Below are positions 25,673 through 28,154 of a stretch of 28,154 bases of DNA, piece after piece. The DNA comes from Gammaproteobacteria bacterium (lineage in GTDB: Bacteria > Pseudomonadota > Gammaproteobacteria > Francisellales > CACEW01), in the NCBI GenBank assembly GCA_048594525.1, contig JBMDXV010000078.1, positions 1-28,154 on the forward strand, given 5' to 3'. Position 1 is the stretch's first letter, and every line of letters begins with the position of its first letter. The notes under the pieces are model-generated. The model was not told where the DNA came from. It saw nothing but the letters and a program-made list of their open reading frames with translations, and did no database searches. The translations under genes and the position numbers were made by a program.

Positions 25673-27091
25673 ATGCGAAACATTCATCAATGCTTACTTC
25701 TTGTTTTAATATTGAGTTGCTGGACTTCTTACGCTTTGGCTGTTTCTTTGAATGATACAGGCAAGATTAATGAGACAGTGGTCAGCCGTGTTTTAGATGT
25801 GGAGTCGGAAAGCGATATTGTTGATGCGATAAAAACGGCAGAGCACGCGCATTTGCCCATTTCTATTATGGCCGTGCATCATAGTCAGGGAGGCCAGACT
25901 TTAGCGCAAGGGGGCGTTGTGCTAAATATGCTCCCCTTTGATCAGGTGCTTGCCTTTGACCCGGCAAAGAAGCAAATTACCATAGAGAGCGGCATGACCT
26001 GGGATGCCTTACAACATTACATTAATCCTTACAATTTGTCCGTCAAGGTGATGCAGGACTCGTATATCTTCAGTGTCGGGGGATCACTGAGCGCAGATGC
26101 GCATGGAGAAGATTTCCGCGCAGGGCCGATTGATCAATCAGTCATTGCGTTTCATCTCATTTTAGCCAATGGCCGCAAGGTACTTGTTACGCCTGTTATT
26201 CATCCTGAATTATGGAAAGCAGTGTTAGGAGGGTATGGCTCACTAGGGGTGATCAGTGACGTGACCTTGCAGTTGACAGACAACGACTTGCTTCAGGGGC
26301 ATTATGAGGAAACCGATATTAACCACGTTGTGTCACTTTTTGAAGCGCGCATTTTACCTGATCCCGATGTGATCTTTTTTTATGGGCGGCTTGATATTGC
26401 ACCCGGGAAGAACTTTTTACGCCAAATGTATGTGATTACTTCAAGTGATACACACCAGCTTCCAGAACCCTCGGCATTAAATGATCCTGAAGCCATGGAC
26501 TTTGTGATCAGACCTATTTTTAACTGGTCGCGCCATAGTAATTGGGGTAAATGGTTTCGGTGGTCATTAGAAAAGCAAATCATTAAAGAGAAATACGGCA
26601 GGGGGGAGGCAACCAGAAATGAGATCATGCGGAAAGCCATTCTTTTTGCGGTGAACCATCAACAAAAAAATCATGCGGACTGGCTGCAAGAATATTTTAT
26701 CCCGATGGATCAATTGCCTAACTTTGTGGGAAGGCTTCGAGACATTGCGACAGCGAATAAAATCAATCTTTTGAATGCCACGGTTCGGTATATTCCAGAG
26801 GATGACAACATTCTATTGTCTTATGCCAAAACAGATTGCTTTAGCGTTGTACTCTACTTTGATCAAGACTTATCAGCACCTGAAATACAAAAAAGCCAAA
26901 GCTGGACAAAGCAGTTGATTGATGCTGCCCTTGCTGAGGGAGGAAGCTATTATCTGACCTATCAGGATTTTGCGACTCGGCAGCAGTTTGAACAGGCCTA
27001 TGCGCATTATGAAGAATTCAGGCGCGTCAAACATGAATATGATCCGGGGAACAGATTTACGAATAAATTTTATCAAGCCTATTTAAAATAG
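25673..27091 (+). CDS. Secreted FAD-binding oxidoreductase (PCMH/FAD_binding_4 with ALO-like C-terminus)
   Basis: Signal-like N-terminus from ATG 25673, HHSQGGQ, FSVGGSLSADAHG, GGYGSLGVI and GGSYYLTYQ...K..YDP...F.N.FY. Confidence 0.88.
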   Translation: MRNIHQCLLLVLILSCWTSYALAVSLNDTGKINETVVSRVLDVESESDIVDAIKTAEHAHLPISIMAVHHSQGGQTLAQGGVVLNMLPFDQVLAFDPAKKQITIESGMTWDALQHYINPYNLSVKVMQDSYIFSVGGSLSADAHGEDFRAGPIDQSVIAFHLILANGRKVLVTPVIHPELWKAVLGGYGSLGVISDVTLQLTDNDLLQGHYEETDINHVVSLFEARILPDPDVIFFYGRLDIAPGKNFLRQMYVITSSDTHQLPEPSALNDPEAMDFVIRPIFNWSRHSNWGKWFRWSLEKQIIKEKYGRGEATRNEIMRKAILFAVNHQQKNHADWLQEYFIPMDQLPNFVGRLRDIATANKINLLNATVRYIPEDDNILLSYAKTDCFSVVLYFDQDLSAPEIQKSQSWTKQLIDAALAEGGSYYLTYQDFATRQQFEQAYAHYEEFRRVKHEYDPGNRFTNKFYQAYLK

Positions 27092-27147
27092 CATAACCAT
27101 TGGGATTGAAAGCTTAAGAAGGAGCTTGGCAAGCCAGAGTTTTTAGT

Positions 27148-27167
27148 TTATTATGCGTGCATAATAA
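27148..27167. repeat. Perfect palindrome TTATTATGC-GT-GCATAATAA
   Basis: 9-bp arms with a 2-bp centre, read directly; ~40 bp upstream of the ATG at 27207. Confidence 0.75.
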
Positions 27168-27206
27168 CCGTCTCACGGGTTTGGCTTGTTGCAAGATAGT
27201 GACGTT

Positions 27207-28058
27207 ATGTTAACCTTCACAGAATTTAAAGCTAGAAAACGAAAAATTCTACCTATTTTAGGTATATGTAACAAAATAAAATCATTAAAACTTCAATGGG
27301 AAAATTACGATCAAATTTTACACGATATTCGCAAAAGTGTAAAGATAAGCAAAAAAATGATTTCAGATGATTATTATGCGCGTAAAATAGAATTGTGTTA
27401 TATAACTCTCCTTAGTGGCATAGATAATTTAAATGAATTTCTAAAAAAAAATTATTATAATATTATTCCAAATCTTAAAGATTCTTATAAACCAGTTATC
27501 GCTAAAAAATTAGATAAATGGACTCGAGTTATGAGAAATTCACTTATACATGGTGATTTTTTTATGTTTGGATTTATTTTTCTTGAAGGAACCTTGTATA
27601 ATAATGAAAAACTTGTTAATTACGAGGGACTAAGTGTAATTTGTGATTATAGTATTGTTGATGAAAACCCTAGTTTTAATGGCTTAAATAAAGAAAAATA
27701 TTTTTCAGATGAAGTCATCATTATGCTTCGATTGCTCTATAATAAAAATTTGAGTATCGAAAACTTAAAAGAGTTAGGTCAGTTAAATTATCTTGACAAA
27801 GAATTAAAATTAAGAACGGATGGAAAAATGTCCGTTGAAAATATTACTAATTTAACTATTGAAAATTTAATGAAAAATGAAGAATTTATCACTTATCATT
27901 ACAAAAAATGGAAAACTCATTTAGTAGACTGTTTGGGGCAATTTCATTTTAATATCGCCTTGCTTATCAAAGAAATATACAACCAACACCTTGAATATTT
28001 CGAAAGTTCATATCATAATACTGCTAAGTTAAGCGAGACAAATTTAGAAATTGTCTGA
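27207..28058 (+). CDS. AT-rich hypothetical protein with HEPN-like RNxxxH motif
   Basis: RNSLIHG at 27534-27554 in a helical-looking protein. GC is very low (7/60 at 27421-27480). No clear SD, so the start is uncertain. Confidence 0.65.
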   Translation: MLTFTEFKARKRKILPILGICNKIKSLKLQWENYDQILHDIRKSVKISKKMISDDYYARKIELCYITLLSGIDNLNEFLKKNYYNIIPNLKDSYKPVIAKKLDKWTRVMRNSLIHGDFFMFGFIFLEGTLYNNEKLVNYEGLSVICDYSIVDENPSFNGLNKEKYFSDEVIIMLRLLYNKNLSIENLKELGQLNYLDKELKLRTDGKMSVENITNLTIENLMKNEEFITYHYKKWKTHLVDCLGQFHFNIALLIKEIYNQHLEYFESSYHNTAKLSETNLEIV

Positions 28059-28125
28059 TTATTGGCTGAAATCTTTAAATAATGTATGCTTTCCAAAAGG
28101 AAAGGTAGTCAACTTAGGAGATTTT

Positions 28126-28154
28126 ATGCGTAAAAATATCGGACATACAGTTAT
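28126..28154 (+). CDS. 5' end of a CDS truncated by the window edge (MRKNIGHTV...)
   Basis: AGGAG SD at 28116-28120 followed by ATG at 28126. Confidence 0.5.

Noticed and set aside
27140-27175. Xer/dif-like site around GCATAA
   Set aside because: No XerD-type TTATGTTAAAT arm at 6-bp spacing on either strand.

Overview
The window holds the distal half of an F-type (MPF-F/MOB-F) conjugative transfer region: traU-trbC-traN-traF-trbB-traH-traG, an accessory insert (two antisense membrane proteins, a DsbA/Com1-like lipoprotein, ssb, DUF2786, an Mrr-like nuclease, two paralogous small membrane proteins), then traD-traI, where TraI carries a C-terminal TOPRIM/primase-like domain. The gene content suggests a gammaproteobacterial, possibly Legionellales-like, plasmid or ICE (inference). 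Downstream are a Zn-ribbon gene, an unknown Cys-motif gene, a secreted FAD oxidoreductase and an AT-rich protein with a HEPN-like motif. The most unusual part is the left end, where traW would normally sit. There a serine recombinase homologue lacking its catalytic residues is followed by a secreted stand-alone copy of the TraN C-terminal 8-Cys domain (mini-TraN) and a small conserved-looking protein. Also notable are a structured ~195-bp tandem duplication at the trbC 5' end, strong Lys/Arg depletion of the exported Tra proteins, and a candidate entry-exclusion gene convergent with an AT-shifted traG 3' end. All calls come from manual motif recognition; no database search was run.
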